Assembly: GCF_009914755.1 (NCBI RefSeq)
Contig: NC_060933.1
DNA length: 64,000 bases
From: the human T2T-CHM13v2.0 reference genome, Homo sapiens
Strand: one strand, 5' to 3'
Shown in pieces: positions 32,838-50,100 of this stretch. Position 1 is the stretch's first letter; each line of letters begins with the position of its first letter. The translations under genes were made by a program, and so were the position numbers. The notes under the pieces are model-generated. The model saw only the letters and a program-made list of their open reading frames with translations, had not been told where the DNA came from and made no database searches.

Positions 32838-33134
32838 TGTTGTTGTTGTTGTTTTTTGGAGACAGAGGCTCGCTCTATCATCCAGGCTGGAGTGCAGTGG
32901 CGTGATCTTGACTCACTACAAGCTCCACCTCCCGGGTTCACGCCATTCTCCTGCCTCAACCTCCTGAGTAGCTGGGATTACAGGCACCTGCCACCATGCC
33001 CGGCTAATCTTTTGTATTTTTAGTGGAGACAGGCTTTCACCCTGTTAGCCAGGATGATCTCCTGATCTCATGATCCGCCCGCCTCAGCCTCCCAAAGTGC
33101 TGGGATTATAGGCGTGAACCACCATGCCCTGACC
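32838..33134 (-). mobile_element. Alu (AluY-like) with (GTT)n tail
   Basis: Full Alu in reverse. Confidence 0.93.
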
Positions 33135-33505
33135 GCTAATTTGATTTTTTAACTCCTAAATTCTACTATTTTCCTTACTCGCTTTCTAATGAAAATTGAT
33201 GGAGAAAATAAACTGAAAATATCACAGTTCTAAACATTCCACTATTTTGGGATTCTAAAATTATTGGCTTTCGGTGTTCACTGATTCATGTCGGATTTTT
33301 AGTAGCATAATCAAACCTTTTTTTGGCAATGGTATAGAGTGCAAAATGCAAAGCCATTTGCCATGGTGTAGATGCTCACAGTATGCCCCTGCGTCTAAAG
33401 AGATACTATTCTTCAACATAAATCAGACATATAGAAAATACTTACAGCACAGAAAATATGAACTATGGCATAGAAATACATTAAATTAGCTAAATGACAT
33501 CCCTA

Positions 33506-33850
<345 letters not shown>

Positions 33851-33954
33851 TTAATTTTTTCCTATAATCTCCTGGGACAAATAAATGTTTTCAACAGTTG
33901 CGCTTAACAAACTGAAGAACTGGAAGGAGAAACATTATTAATAATTACTTCCAG

Positions 33955-34351
33955 AGTGGGGCATGGCTCACATCTGTAATCCCAGCACTTTGGGAGGCCG
34001 AGGTGGGCTCATCACGAGGTTAAGAGATCGAGACCATCCTTGCTAACACGGTGAAAAGCCGCCTCTACTAAAAATACAAAAAATTAGCCGGGCATGGTGG
34101 CGGGCGCCTGTGGTCCCAGCTACTTGGGAGGCTGAGGCAAGAGAATCGCTTGAGGAAGCCCGGCCAACATGGCTAAACCCCATCTCTACTAAAACTACAA
34201 AAATTAGCTGGGCATGTTGGGGCATGTCTGTAATCCTAGCTACTCCCAGAGGCTGAGACAAGAGAATCCCTTCATCCTGGGAGGCGGAAGTTACAGCAAG
34301 CTGAGATCACACCACTCCACTCCAGCCTGCTCTACAGAACAAGACTCCGTC

Positions 34352-34386
<35 letters not shown>
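33955..34386 (+). mobile_element. Chimeric Alu (two fused partial elements)
   Basis: The first Alu breaks at GAATCGCTTGA (~34153) and restarts at GCCCGGCCAACATGG with a second linker and right arm. Confidence 0.88.
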
Positions 34387-34388
<2 letters not shown>

Positions 34389-35355
34389 TCCTACAATGTA
34401 TGACTAGATTACAAAGTTTTCTATTCTTTTCTTTTAAAAATAAATATCTTAGCTGCCTGTTTTCATTCTGGCCATCAAAATTGCCTAAAGTCTTTGTGGG
34501 CAATATCATCAACCCCTGAGGGAAATTCAAGATATTCCCAACACAGAAATATTCTTAGCTGAAAAGAGTATGGGATGACAATTTTCAACCTGGCACATAT
34601 AAAAAGAAGAAAAATGTTGGGTAAATGAACAGCAAAAGAAAGATGACATTCATATGTCCTATGCAATTCTGAATACTTATTTTATGTAGGTGAATATTTT
34701 AATGAAAGACATTTATTGATCCAAAATATTTTTTAACTTAACGAACTTTGGCAAAACAATGCCCTTCAGTCAGTGACTATATTATCAAGTTTCATCTACC
34801 TCTGATCAAGGAAACAAAAATAATAGTAATTCCATACTCAGTATGTGTGAGAAAATAAGAGCTGTGTTTAATTCTAAATATTTTGAGTTATGCCACATAA
34901 CAGTATACATTTATTTTGAGTTCGTATGTAGAATTAGACTACTTTTTAATTTTGGGAACATGGAGAACAATATTATAGGATTATATTAGTAAGGCTATGG
35001 TAAATACTAACATTAAGCTCTCCTTATGTGCCACACACAGTTCCTTCACCAAAATGGGCAGAATTTTAGCTGAAGACTAATAGTGAAGCCTAGACATTCA
35101 TGCAGAAATTAAACAACTCGACCATTATTAGAATATAGTAAACATATACATGTTCAATACCAGCCTCTTCTTTTCTCACTTTATGTTTTTTGAATGTCAT
35201 TAGATTTACATATCCTGCTAACATAACATAAAAACAAACCTTAAGTTTCAAGAAATTAACAATTCTAGTTACATACTATTTACATGTTTTTCTTATTAAC
35301 TATTAGTTATTTCAAAATTTACCTTTTATGTTTGGAGATAAAAAATATCTAATAG

Positions 35356-35701
<346 letters not shown>

Positions 35702-36436
35702 TCTTTTTTAATTATTTTGAAAGGCTACTTTAGTTTTCCTAGTAATCCATGTGAATGTATTCTCTATGAACTATAGTGTGTGTGTTTACTTTTTATATAT
35801 AGAATACTACTGAGGAACAAGCTGTTTCTGTAAATCAAATGGGACTGAAACTCTACGTTGGTTGTGTTCTACATGTTACAGAGACCTGGACAGAGACAGT
35901 GTGATCATCTCATGAACATCACATAATCTCCTGTCACAGTCCCAAGACAAAACATTTCCTTAAAATCAAGACTTGCTTTAATAACCATCACATTTATTAC
36001 AATAATACCTTCCCACTATAATCAATATGGATATAAACAGCCTTTGTTCTATTTTTCTCATACTTGGAAGACTTTTGCTTTCATTCTGTGAAAATCTTGT
36101 ATTTCTCCTCAATTATTCTAATTAGAAAACTAGTGCTGGGGGAGAAAAAATAAAACAGCACAGAAAGGAAAGGGGCTCCTGCAATGCACTGTTTAGACAG
36201 ATAAGGTAGCCAGGCCAGGCGATGGTCAGGTAGGGACTGCCTTCTTCTCTCTGGTGGTGATAATTGAGAATTGCTGCGAGGTGTGGAAGTGGAGCTGATT
36301 GAGCCAGAGCACAGTCCAGCTTTGTTCCATGTTCTCTACATAAAATAATCCATAATTCATGATCTCATGTTTTGAGAAGGAGAGTTGAGAAACACCTACT
36401 AGTCTTATGATAGGTTGAGTACTTTAAAGAGTTTTG

Positions 36437-36732
36437 GGCCAGGTGCGGTGGCTCACGCCTGTAATCCCAGCACTTTGGGAGGCTGAGGCACATGGATCAC
36501 GAGGTCAGGAGATCAAGTCCATCCTGGCCAACACAGTGAAACCCTGTCTCCACTAAAAATACAAAAAATTAGCCGAGCATGGTGGCATGCACCTGTAGTC
36601 CCAGCTACTCGGGAGGCTGAGGCAAGAAAATCGCTTGATCTGGGGAGGTGGAAATTGCATGAGCTGAGATTGCACCACTGCACTCCAGCCTGGGTGACAG
36701 AGTTAGACTCCATCTCAAAAAAAAAAAAAAAA
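36437..36732 (+). mobile_element. AluSc-like
   Basis: Full Alu; TSD AAAGA(G/A)TTTTG. Confidence 0.94.
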
Positions 36733-37301
36733 AGAATTTTGAAGCTTCTTAATTCCATTTATTTAAGACATTATTCTCATTGGGATTAGGGGGGAATCCC
36801 TGAATTTTGGTAAAAACAAATCCAAGTCACAAAATCAGAAAAAAAAAAAGGGAAGATATAGGATGATGCGTTTCATTCTTCATATGAATATGCATTTTAC
36901 ACATATATAACTAAGACCAATTTTGGATTTATTTCCAGGCTTGGGGATAACTTATGGAAACTTTTAACATTAAAGTTAAATTTGCAATTCAGAATTAATC
37001 CATACATTATTTCACTGTTTTCTTGTTGATATTAAATGCTGCTGACTCAGTAAAGTTTATTATTTGAATATAACAAGAATGTGTGAGTTGTAAATTCAAT
37101 GCTAAAGTCTGGAACATTTCTACAAAATTCAGTTTAGCAAATATTTGTTAAGACTTCAGTCAAAGCCTTTTACAACTGCACTGCTCTAGGTTTTGAGGAC
37201 TCAAAATAATATCTGCTCACAAACCAGACATGCAGACAAATAAGGTTCTATGTATTAAGGTCAATAATAGAATTTTGCTGAAGACAAAATATTATCGCAG
37301 A

Positions 37302-37472
37302 CACAAAAAAATTAGCCAGGCATGGTGGCAGGTGCCTGTAATCCAAGCTACTCAGGAGGCTAAGGAAGGAGAATAGCTTGAACCCAGGAGGCGGAGGTTG
37401 CAGTGAGCCAAGGTCACATCACTGCACTCATCTTGGGCAACAGAGTGAGACTTCATCTCAAAAAAAAAAAAA
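37302..37472 (+). mobile_element. Alu right arm
   Basis: Linker, right monomer and A tail. Confidence 0.9.
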
Positions 37473-37754
37473 TCTTGATTCATTTATCCCCTGTGCTTCA
37501 TAGCATTCAGAGTCTTCCATATTTTCTGGGAGTTTCTTGGTTAGTTGGGCTTGGCCTCTCCTCACTTACTGTTGGTGCCTGCCCTCTTCTCTGTGCTCCA
37601 GAGCAGATCATGTTTTCTCTACTCAGTTCCCTCTAGTGAGGAGACTCATCCCACTTTCACCCCCACCTTAGCACCAAGCACCATTAATTCAAGACCGCCA
37701 TGTGGAGGAGATAAGGGAGAATTACATCCCATGAAGAGCAGCAAAATGCATAAA

Positions 37755-37884
37755 CATGCATATATATACACATATATGCATGTATATGCACATATACACA
37801 CAGATACATATATATGCATATATACATACACACATATATACACGTATACACATATATACACACACACATATATACATACATATA
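37755..37884 (+). repeat. (TA/CA)n low-complexity microsatellite
   Basis: Direct reading of the sequence. Confidence 0.92.
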
Positions 37885-38123
37885 TTGCCACCACTATCCT
37901 GAATCTCCTCATTTATTCCCATCAGAAGGAATTTCTCCACCCCACCCTACCATTTTCTTGGAACTTCTAGTCTCTCTCACATTATTAATTCTACACCTGG
38001 GGCTGCCTTGCCCCCTCTTGCTAACTGCCTGGTGGTAACTTGGCACTCCTCTTAGTTACTGCTTAACATTACAGCTCACCCTTTTTTACGTCATATTTAT
38101 GAAGCATTAAATATTCTAAAAGT

Positions 38124-38411
38124 GGTCGGGCGCAGTGATTCATGCCTGTAACCTCAGCACTTTGGGAGACCAAAGCGGGCAGATCACGAAGTCAGGAGTT
38201 CAAAACCTCCTGACCAACATGGTGAAACCCTGTCTCTACTACAAATACAAAAATTAGCTGGGCATGATGGCACATGTCTGTAATCCCAGCTGCTCAAGAG
38301 GCTGAGGCAAGATAATCACTTGAACCTGGGAGGCAAAGGTCACAACGAACCGAGATTTGTCACTCCAGCCTGGGTGACAGAGCAAGACTCTCAAAAAAAA
38401 AAAAAAAAAAA
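38124..38411 (+). mobile_element. AluS
   Basis: Full Alu with A tail. Confidence 0.93.
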
Positions 38412-39052
38412 GCTACTTTGTCTAGGGTACCCTATTATACCAAGGAATTTAGTGCCTCATGAAAAAAGACTCTCAAAGATGTTTTTCTAAACAACAGAAC
38501 CTTCTACCTTAGAAATCATTTATGATATTATCCAACATCATTATTTTTTATTTTATATATATTTTTCACTACAATAAAAATCTTTCAAATATATCAAAAT
38601 ACAATTTTATTAAAACGGAAAAGTTGTTTATTAGATAATCTTTTAATTTTAACATATTAATTTATCTGTCGGGGTTCTATGTCATTCACTCAGGAAGAGA
38701 ATTCAATGAATAATGTGGTACCTTCACATATCAGTAGAACTTTTTCACAAAAATGGGCAATTTTTCATTTTTCGGAGTGAACACTGAGCCACCACCTGAG
38801 GAAAAATAAATGATCATTTTTAACAATTAAAGTTACTATTTTTTTAATCATCTGGTATTTTAAGATGTTTTTAGACTTATAGATCAAGATAAGAAGTTAG
38901 CATGCATTTATCCTTCTTTCAATTTGTATCCATCCCTAACTTATTTCTTCCTATTGTGCAATAACTCATTATTAAGCTGAGCTTCCATTTTACTCATTCA
39001 TGTTTATTTATGGGTCAAGCAAGTGAACTGCATACAAATTCACAAATTTTCT

Positions 39053-39735
39053 TTTTTTTTTTTTTTTTGAGATGGAGTCTTGCTCTGTCGCCCATGCTGG
39101 AGTCAGTGGTGCAGTCTTGGCTCACTGCAAGCTCTGCCTCCAGGGTTCATGCCATTCTCCTGTCTCAGCCTCCTGATTAGATGGGACTACAGGCACCCGC
39201 CACCACACCTGGCTAATTTTTTGTGTTTTTAGTAGAGACGGGGTTTCACCATGTTAGACAGGATGGTCTCGATCTCCTGACCTCGTGATCTGTCCACCTC
39301 AGCCTCCAAAAGTCCTGGGATACAGGCTTGAGCAACCGCACCCAGCTACAAATTTTCTTTGTAACTTACCTTATTATTAAATTGTTCTTCCTAATTCTTA
39401 TTTTTTTATTTTTATTTTTTATTTATTTATTTATTTATTTATTTTTTGAGATGGAGTCTTGCTCTGTTGCCCAGGCTAGAGTGCAGTGGTGCAATCTCAG
39501 CTCGCAGCAACCTCCTCCACCTCCCAGGTTAAAGCCACTCTCCCACCTCAGCCTCCAGAGTAGCTGGGATTACAGGCATGCACCACCACACCCGGCTAAT
39601 TTTGTATTTTTGGTAGAGACAGGGTTTCTCCATGTTGGTCAGGCTGGTCTCAAACTCCCAACCTCAGGTGGTCTGCCTGCCTTGGCCTCCCAAAGTGTTG
39701 GAATTACAGGTGTGAGCCACTGCACCCAGCCTGGT
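39053..39735 (-). mobile_element. Two reverse Alus (AluY-like 39053-39347; AluS 39400-39735)
   Basis: The first has TSD ACAAATTTTCTTT; the second has a (TTTA)n tail. Confidence 0.94.
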
Positions 39736-40085
39736 CTTTTAAAATTTGACCTAAACAGTTCATCCTGTCATGTTCTTCATGAGCGAGGAAGGTCCACTAT
39801 TTTTCCCTTGTTATTTTAATAAAAACAACTATTTACCTTGAATATACTGAATATACACAAAATACATATTCATTTACACACCATGGCTTTTTAAAAGGGT
39901 TGTCCTTAGATGTGGCCTCCAGGGATAGTTAAGCTGTAAATGGAAGGCTTCATATGTAAAGACATTTTCCTTTTGACCTTGTCTCTTATACTGAGTGTGT
40001 GTGTGTGTCTGCTTTCAGTGGTAGAACTTAAGGGGAATCTCTATGATTGTTTTTCTTTCTCTCCATTTATCCCTCACTTTCTTCC

Positions 40086-40740
<655 letters not shown>

Positions 40741-40879
40741 TAATTTTATGTTAAAGATTTTTGAATTTTGTTAATCCATTTTATTTTCCTTCATAAAATG
40801 ATCAAAGCTAGAAATAACATTACAAAGTATATCATAATCATTAATAGAAAGAGATCTATAATCAGCTTAAATTTCTTTT

Positions 40880-41040
40880 CTCTCTTTTCTAGTTATGTGA
40901 TCTTAGGCAAGTTACATAAATTACCTGTGTTCAGTTTATTTACTTGTGAAATGGGGAAAATAATGGTGCCTGTCTCTGGGTAAGATTGTAGTGAGGGTGA
41001 ATAACAGATTTATCAAGCATAAAGCAGTGCCTGGGACACA
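40880..41040 (+). mobile_element. MIR
   Basis: TGTGATCTTAGGCAAGTTAC...TGTGAAATGGGGAAAATAATGGTGCC...CAGTGCCTGGGACACAG. Confidence 0.82.
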
Positions 41041-41080
41041 GGAATTGCCCTCTCTGCATGCCCCTGCATATGTGTGCATA

Positions 41081-42587
<1,507 letters not shown>

Positions 42588-42599
42588 TAAAATTACTAG

Positions 42600-43450
42600 T
42601 CTTCAAAAATCAGTTGTATCTTCAACATTTCCTACCTCTGCAAAATGCATCACCATTCTCCCAGTTACCCAGGCTTAAAACCTCAGAATTCTATCAAATT
42701 ATTTCATTTCCTTACATCTCATGTTTAATTAGTCACTGATTCCCATCAATTTTCCCCTATCATGTTTAATAGTACCAACACATTATTTCTCTTAGAAAAA
42801 CATGTTTCTAGTTTAGGTTCTTAATGTAGCCTATTTTTAAAATATCTCAAAGTTTGCCATACAGTCTTTATTTCTTATTTCTTAAAATATTTTCTACATT
42901 TTGATACAACTAACCTTTCTAAAGCATAAATATCTCACTTTGTCACTTGTCTGCCCCAAAAAAAACATAAAAATATCTTCTTGGTCTAGAAAGTAAAATT
43001 ATAATGCTTGGCATAATGTAGACAGAAATAGAAATTCCCATTTATCCTTTTTCTCCTTTGCCCCCACACTTTTCTTCCATGTTCACATCAGTACCTAATG
43101 TCCCAGACATATGGAATTCATTGTTTCATGAATAGAGCCAACACATTCTAACTACCATGCATTTAGTCAAACCATCTGGCCACCTGGAATTTCCTACCAT
43201 CCCCCATAAAATTTAAATTAAAAAATTCCACTGTTCTGTCCTCTCTGAAGATGTCCCTGAACCCTTATTGAAACTCATTGACATATCCTTTGGTTCCCGC
43301 AGCCTTTATTGTATATGTCATAATTTAGCACATACATTACTCTGCCATACATTTTAGTAAGTTAATGACCTGTCTCTTTTCACTGATAAAACAGTGTCAG
43401 GATTTTTTCATTTTTGTATTCCCTACTGGTCCACAGAGTGGTATGAACAT
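42600..43450 (+). mobile_element. Degenerate L2 3' region
   Basis: CACCATTCTCCCAGTTACCCAGGCTTAAAACCTCAGA and downstream L2-like motifs. Confidence 0.6.
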
Positions 43451-44145
43451 ATAATTTGCTAAGTTAATTTTAAATTGACTTAAACTTACTGGTAACTTCA
43501 CCAATTAACTGTTCTTTTCCAGTATTACCCTTAGAAATGTCCTTGCCTTGATATATTTTATGTTCTAAAAAATTAATTTCATTTTAAGAATCACATCCTC
43601 CAAAACAAAAGAAACAAAAGCTCCCATACAATTCTAATGCTAGTTATAGGTAACATTAAAAAATGGCATACCAACTGTAAAAAACAAAAACAAAACAAAC
43701 AAAAACAAACAAACAAACAAAACAATTCCCATGAAAGCCAGAGGCAAACAATGCAAATTTTAATGTCAATATTGTCATTTTTTCCTAGGTTAGGGGACAA
43801 TATAACCACATTTATAAACTTGTTCTTTTTGTCTCTCCTCATGTTGACCTCACACATAGCATATTATGCCATTAAAACAACAAAAAAAGGAGAAAATGCT
43901 ATATTGAAATCCAGTATTTTCTTACAACAATTCCTTACTGTGAATTGTGAATGAAAATTAAATTCTTTAATCACTAGGAAAGACTCTGAGTGTGCGAGTG
44001 TTTCTTTCAGCTGATATAAACATTGATAAGATCAAAGCTTGCTCTACATTATCTGTCTTACCAGGTCTTGACTGAATCTCAGAACAAAATCCTGTAGTTT
44101 CTCTTTATTTCAGATAAACCTTTGATCTTTTAAAAATATAGGCAC

Positions 44146-44435
44146 AGCTGGGCACAGTGGCTCAGGCCTGTAATCTCAGCAGTTTGGGAGGCCGAGGTGG
44201 GCAGATAACGAGGTCTAGATATCGAGACCATCCTGGCCAACATGGTGAAACTCTGTCTCTACTAAAAATACAAAAATTAGCTGGGCGTGGTGGTGCACAC
44301 TTGTAGTTCCAGCTACTCAGGAGGCTGAGGCAGGAGAATCGCTTGAACCTAGGAGGCTGAGGTTGCAGTGAGATGAGAACGTGCTATTGCACTCCAGCCT
44401 GGGCGACCAAGCGAAATTCCATCTCAAAAATAAAA
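44146..44435 (+). mobile_element. AluSc-like
   Basis: Full Alu; TSD ATAGGCACA. Confidence 0.94.
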
Positions 44436-44796
44436 AGATAAATAGGCACATCTGGCTAAGGAAATGGCAAAAAGGCAAAAAGATGCACAAAAAAAGTTAG
44501 CCACTACTTGCATTGAAAATGGGTTTAAGTTTAAGGTTTTGGCAAGTGTTTGAGAAAAATATGAATTAAGCTCTTTTTCTGTGAAGACAAGTCTCTAGGC
44601 GTTTAGTTTTGGTTAAGTTAAATACTTAAATCTATTTAAAATTTTAAAGACCTTAGTAATGTAAACAAATGGTGTTGAGTTTGGACTTCTCTACAATATC
44701 TATGTGGAATCTTAGGAAAGGAAGAATGAAAGGATACAATACATTTTAAATGGTAGTTCAGCCTAAATCCTAAGCATAAGCATAATACACTGCTGC

Positions 44797-45484
44797 ATTT
44801 TTTTTTTGACAGAGCCTAACTCTGTCCCCCAGACTGAAGTGCAGTGGTGCCATCTTGACTCACTGCAACCCCAGTCTCCTAGATTCAAGCTATTCTCCTG
44901 CCTCAGCCTCCCAAGTATCTGGAATCACAGGCAGACACCAGCCACGCCCAGCTTGTTTTTTGTTTTTATGTTTTTTCTTTTTTTAGAGACAGAGTCTTGC
45001 TCTGTCACCCAGGCTGGAATACAATGGCACAACCTCGGCTCACTGCAATCTCCGCTTCCCATGTTCAAGTGATTCTCCTGCCTCAGCCTCCTGAGTAGTT
45101 GGGATTACAGGCACACGCCACCATGCCCGGCTATCCGCCTCCCAGGTTCAAGCAATTCTTCTGCCTCAGCCTCTTGAGTAGCTGGGATTACAGGCATGTG
45201 CCACCGTGCCTGGCTAATTTTTGTATTTTTAGTAGAGACAGGGTTTCACCATGTTGGTCAGGCTGGTCTCGAACTCCTGACCTTCTGATCCACCCGCCTC
45301 AGCCTCCCAAAGTGCTGGAATAACAGGCGTGAGCCACCGTGCCCAGCCCATTTTTTGTATTTTTAATAGAGGTGAGGTTTCACCATGTTGACCGGGCTGA
45401 TCTCGAACTCCTGACCTCAAGTGATCTGCCTGCCTCCACCTGCCAAAATGCTGGGATTACAGACAAGAGCCACTATGCCTAGCC
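44797..45484 (-). mobile_element. Nested Alus (outer Alu split at its linker by an inner Alu with an internal ~80-bp duplication)
   Basis: Right arm 44797-44955, inner Alu ~44965-45348 with a repeated CCGC(C/T)TCCCA...TTCAAG...GGCTA block, and the outer left arm 45349-45484. Confidence 0.85.
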
Positions 45485-45553
45485 AATATGTTACTTTTAA
45501 AAAATAAGTTATTCGTTTTAGTTTTCTTCTGTTGCTAACGATCATTTCTATTT

Positions 45554-46564
45554 TGTAGAGAAAAGGAAGAGGGATCAGACTGTTACTGTGTCTATGTAGA
45601 AAGGGAAGACATAATAAATTCCATTTTGACCTGTACCTTGAACAATTGCTTTGTGTCCTGAGATTCTGTTAATCTGTAACTTTGCCCCAATCACTTTGCC
45701 CCAACCTCTTTGCCCCAACCTTGAGCTCACAAAAACATGTATGGAATCAAGGTTTAAGGGATCTAGGGCTGTGCCTTGTTAACAAAAGTTTTACAAGCAG
45801 TATGCTTGGTAAAAGTCTGCCATTCTCTAGTCTCGATAAACCAAGGGCACAATGCACTGCGGAAAATGGCAGGGACTTCTGCCCTGGAAAGCCGGGTATT
45901 GTCCAAGGTTTCTCCCCATGTGATAGTCTGAAATATGCCTCATGGGATGAGAAAGACCTGATCACCCCCCAGCCCAACACCCATAAACGGTCTGTGCTGA
46001 GGTGGATTAGTAAAAGAGGAAAGCCTCTTGCAGTTGAGATAGAGGAAGGCCACTGTCTCCTGCCTGCTCCTGGGAGCGGACTGTCTCGGTATAAAACCTG
46101 ATTTTATATTTGTTCAATTCTGAGATAGGAGAAAAACCACCCTATGGTGGGAGGCAAGACACGTTGGCAGCAATGCTGCTTTATTGTTCTTTACTCCACT
46201 GAGATGTTTGTGCAGAGAGAAACATAAATCTGGCCTACGTGCACATCCAGGCATAGTACCTCCCCTTGAACTTAATTATGACACAGATTCTTCTGCTCAC
46301 ATGTTTTTTTGCTGACCTTCTCCCTATTATCACCCTGCTCTCCTACCGCATTCCTCTTGCTGAGATAATGAAAATAATAATCAATAAAAACTGAGGGAAC
46401 TCAGAGGCCGGTGCCGGTGCAGGTGCTTGGTATGCTGAGCGCCGGTCCCCTGGGCCCACATTTCTTTCTCTATACTTTGACTCTGTGTCTTATTTCTTTT
46501 CTCAGTCTCTCATCCCACCTGACTAGAAGTACCCACAGGTGTGGAGGGGCTGGCCATCCCTTCA
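45554..46564 (+). mobile_element. Solo HERV-K(HML-2) LTR, LTR5A/LTR5B type
   Basis: TG...CA termini (TGTAGAGAAAAGGAAGAGGGATCAGACTGTTACTGTGTC...GGCCATCCCTTCA), 1011 bp, TSD TATTT, TATA-like TATAAAA at ~46090, polyA signal AATAAA at 46383. The 5' end differs from LTR5_Hs. Confidence 0.95.
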
Positions 46565-46778
46565 TATTTTCACTTAATTTACTCTGAATCCATGCCACTT
46601 TTGCATTTGAGGCTAATGTTTGTATTGAAGGAAAGGATAGCAAGTCAATTTACAATTGGATTTTTTCAATGTATAGAGTTACATGTTTACTAAAAGGAGT
46701 AGCCCTTAATTCTTTTTAAAAAGCCCATAGCAAGCAAGATGATTAACAATTTTTATATGAACAAATGTCTTACAATAT

Positions 46779-47562
46779 TTTAAACATCTAGAGAACACTG
46801 ATACCGTCTTCACTTACTGACAATGGCATATTATCAATTCACTTTTCCAAAGAGATAGAAGTTACTTCTTTTGACTTAGATCTGACTTCTTAAACTGTCA
46901 AATGAAGTATCTGAGTATAACTCACCACCTACAACTTGGTATTTAGCCTCCTCTCTTCATTTGCTTTGTATTATATGTACTGTAGCCCTTACTTTAATAT
47001 TTCTATATCTTACACATCTTTCTCTCTTAAAAATGTGCTTTCATTTAGATGAGAAATACAATTTTAAGGGAGAAGTTGACTCATGCCTAGTTCTGTATTT
47101 TTTTTTAATTGGTGGTCTATCCTGAGGAAATTAATGTCGCCCTACTGGGTATGATGCTGTCCCTCTGGAGAGATTCCTGCAAGTTATGACCACTGGGGAT
47201 TTTATAGGTGTCCACATTAAGCCTTTCACTGAGAGTAGAGATTAACTTGCAGTTGCCTCTCTGACACAAGTATATCTAAGAAATCAACATAATCTTTCAA
47301 AACCCTTCCAGCTAATACTAGTTTGTAGCCACTATTAATATAGTGGTTCTAAGTTTGTTCCAGGGTCTCAAAGCCTTAAATAATTTCATGATTATACTCA
47401 GTTATAACTCAGTAGCTGAGTTATACTCAGCTACTTCATTTGACAGTTTAAGAAGTCAGATCTAAGTCAAAAGAAGTAACTTCTATCTCTTTGGAAAAGT
47501 GAATTGATAATATGCCATTGTCAATAAGTGAAGATGGTAGCAGTGTTCTCTAGATGTTTAAA
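46779..47562. repeat. 146-bp inverted repeat (arms 46779-46924 and 47417-47562, spacer 492 bp)
   Basis: The reverse complement of the right arm matches the left arm with 4 mismatches by manual alignment. Confidence 0.95.
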
Positions 47563-48184
47563 TGTCTAGATGCAAATGTCAACATATAATGCTTACAAGG
47601 ACATAACTGGGTGTTTCACACTATTATTTTAGTTTTAACCCACTTGATCCATCAAGTTATCTGTCATAGAACAAATGAAAGGCCCCTTTAGAGAAGTCTC
47701 AGAATAAAAAATAGGCCTAGTTATGTTCGTTGGGAGAGAAGTAAACAAAGCATGGGTTTACATTTTCTGTCTATAAGAAATTGTCATTGTAGCTGTTGTT
47801 TGTTTCAAAATCTATGTACAGTTCTGACCCACCAACTGACAATGGCTGCCTGACTCTAACACTCTGGTGTGTTATTGTAAATTCCCTGAGTCTTCTTTAT
47901 AGCAAGAGAAAAAATCAGGACCTTCTGAAAGTAATACACTGTGGATATTTACGTGGCCAGAGTATAATTTTCTCTGCTTAATAATAAAACTTAATAATGA
48001 GCTTAATAATAAAACTCACATACAAATACAAAATAAACCTGTGTCAAAATTTATTTCACTTATTCCTGAAGAAATCAGTAGGTGGGAAAGCTGGTTCCAA
48101 GAACGAGTTAAAAAAAATTACAGATTTTCTTTCCCCAAAAACAAGAAATGTTAGAATAAGACAACTATGTTAGAAGCAAAACTG

Positions 48185-48489
48185 GGCCGGGAGCGCTGGC
48201 TCACACCTGTAATCCCAGCACTTTGGGAGGCTGAGGCGGGCGGATCACGAGGTCAGAAAATCGAGACCATCCTGACTAACATGGTGAAATCCGGTCTCTA
48301 CTAAAAATACAAAACCAAAATTAGCCGGGCGTGGTGGCCTGTAGTCCCAGCTACTCAGGATGCTGAGGTAGGAGAATGGCGTGAACCCAGGAGGCGGAGC
48401 TTGCAGTGATCCCAGATTGCGCCACTGCACTCCAGCCTGGGCGACAGAGTGAAACTCCATCTCAAAAAAAAAAAAAAAAAAAAAAAAAA
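48185..48489 (+). mobile_element. AluY-like
   Basis: Full Alu; TSD AGAAGCAAAA(C/T)TG. Confidence 0.94.
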
Positions 48490-48509
48490 GAAGCAAAATT
48501 GATTAATAA

Positions 48510-50100
<1,591 letters not shown>

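Noticed and set aside
46779-47562. piggyBac-like MITE explanation for the inverted repeat (TTAA at both outer ends)
   Set aside because: TTAA is palindromic and lies within the arms, termini lack the CCC/GGG signature, and arm identity is too high for ancient primate DNA transposons. Not fully excluded without a database search.
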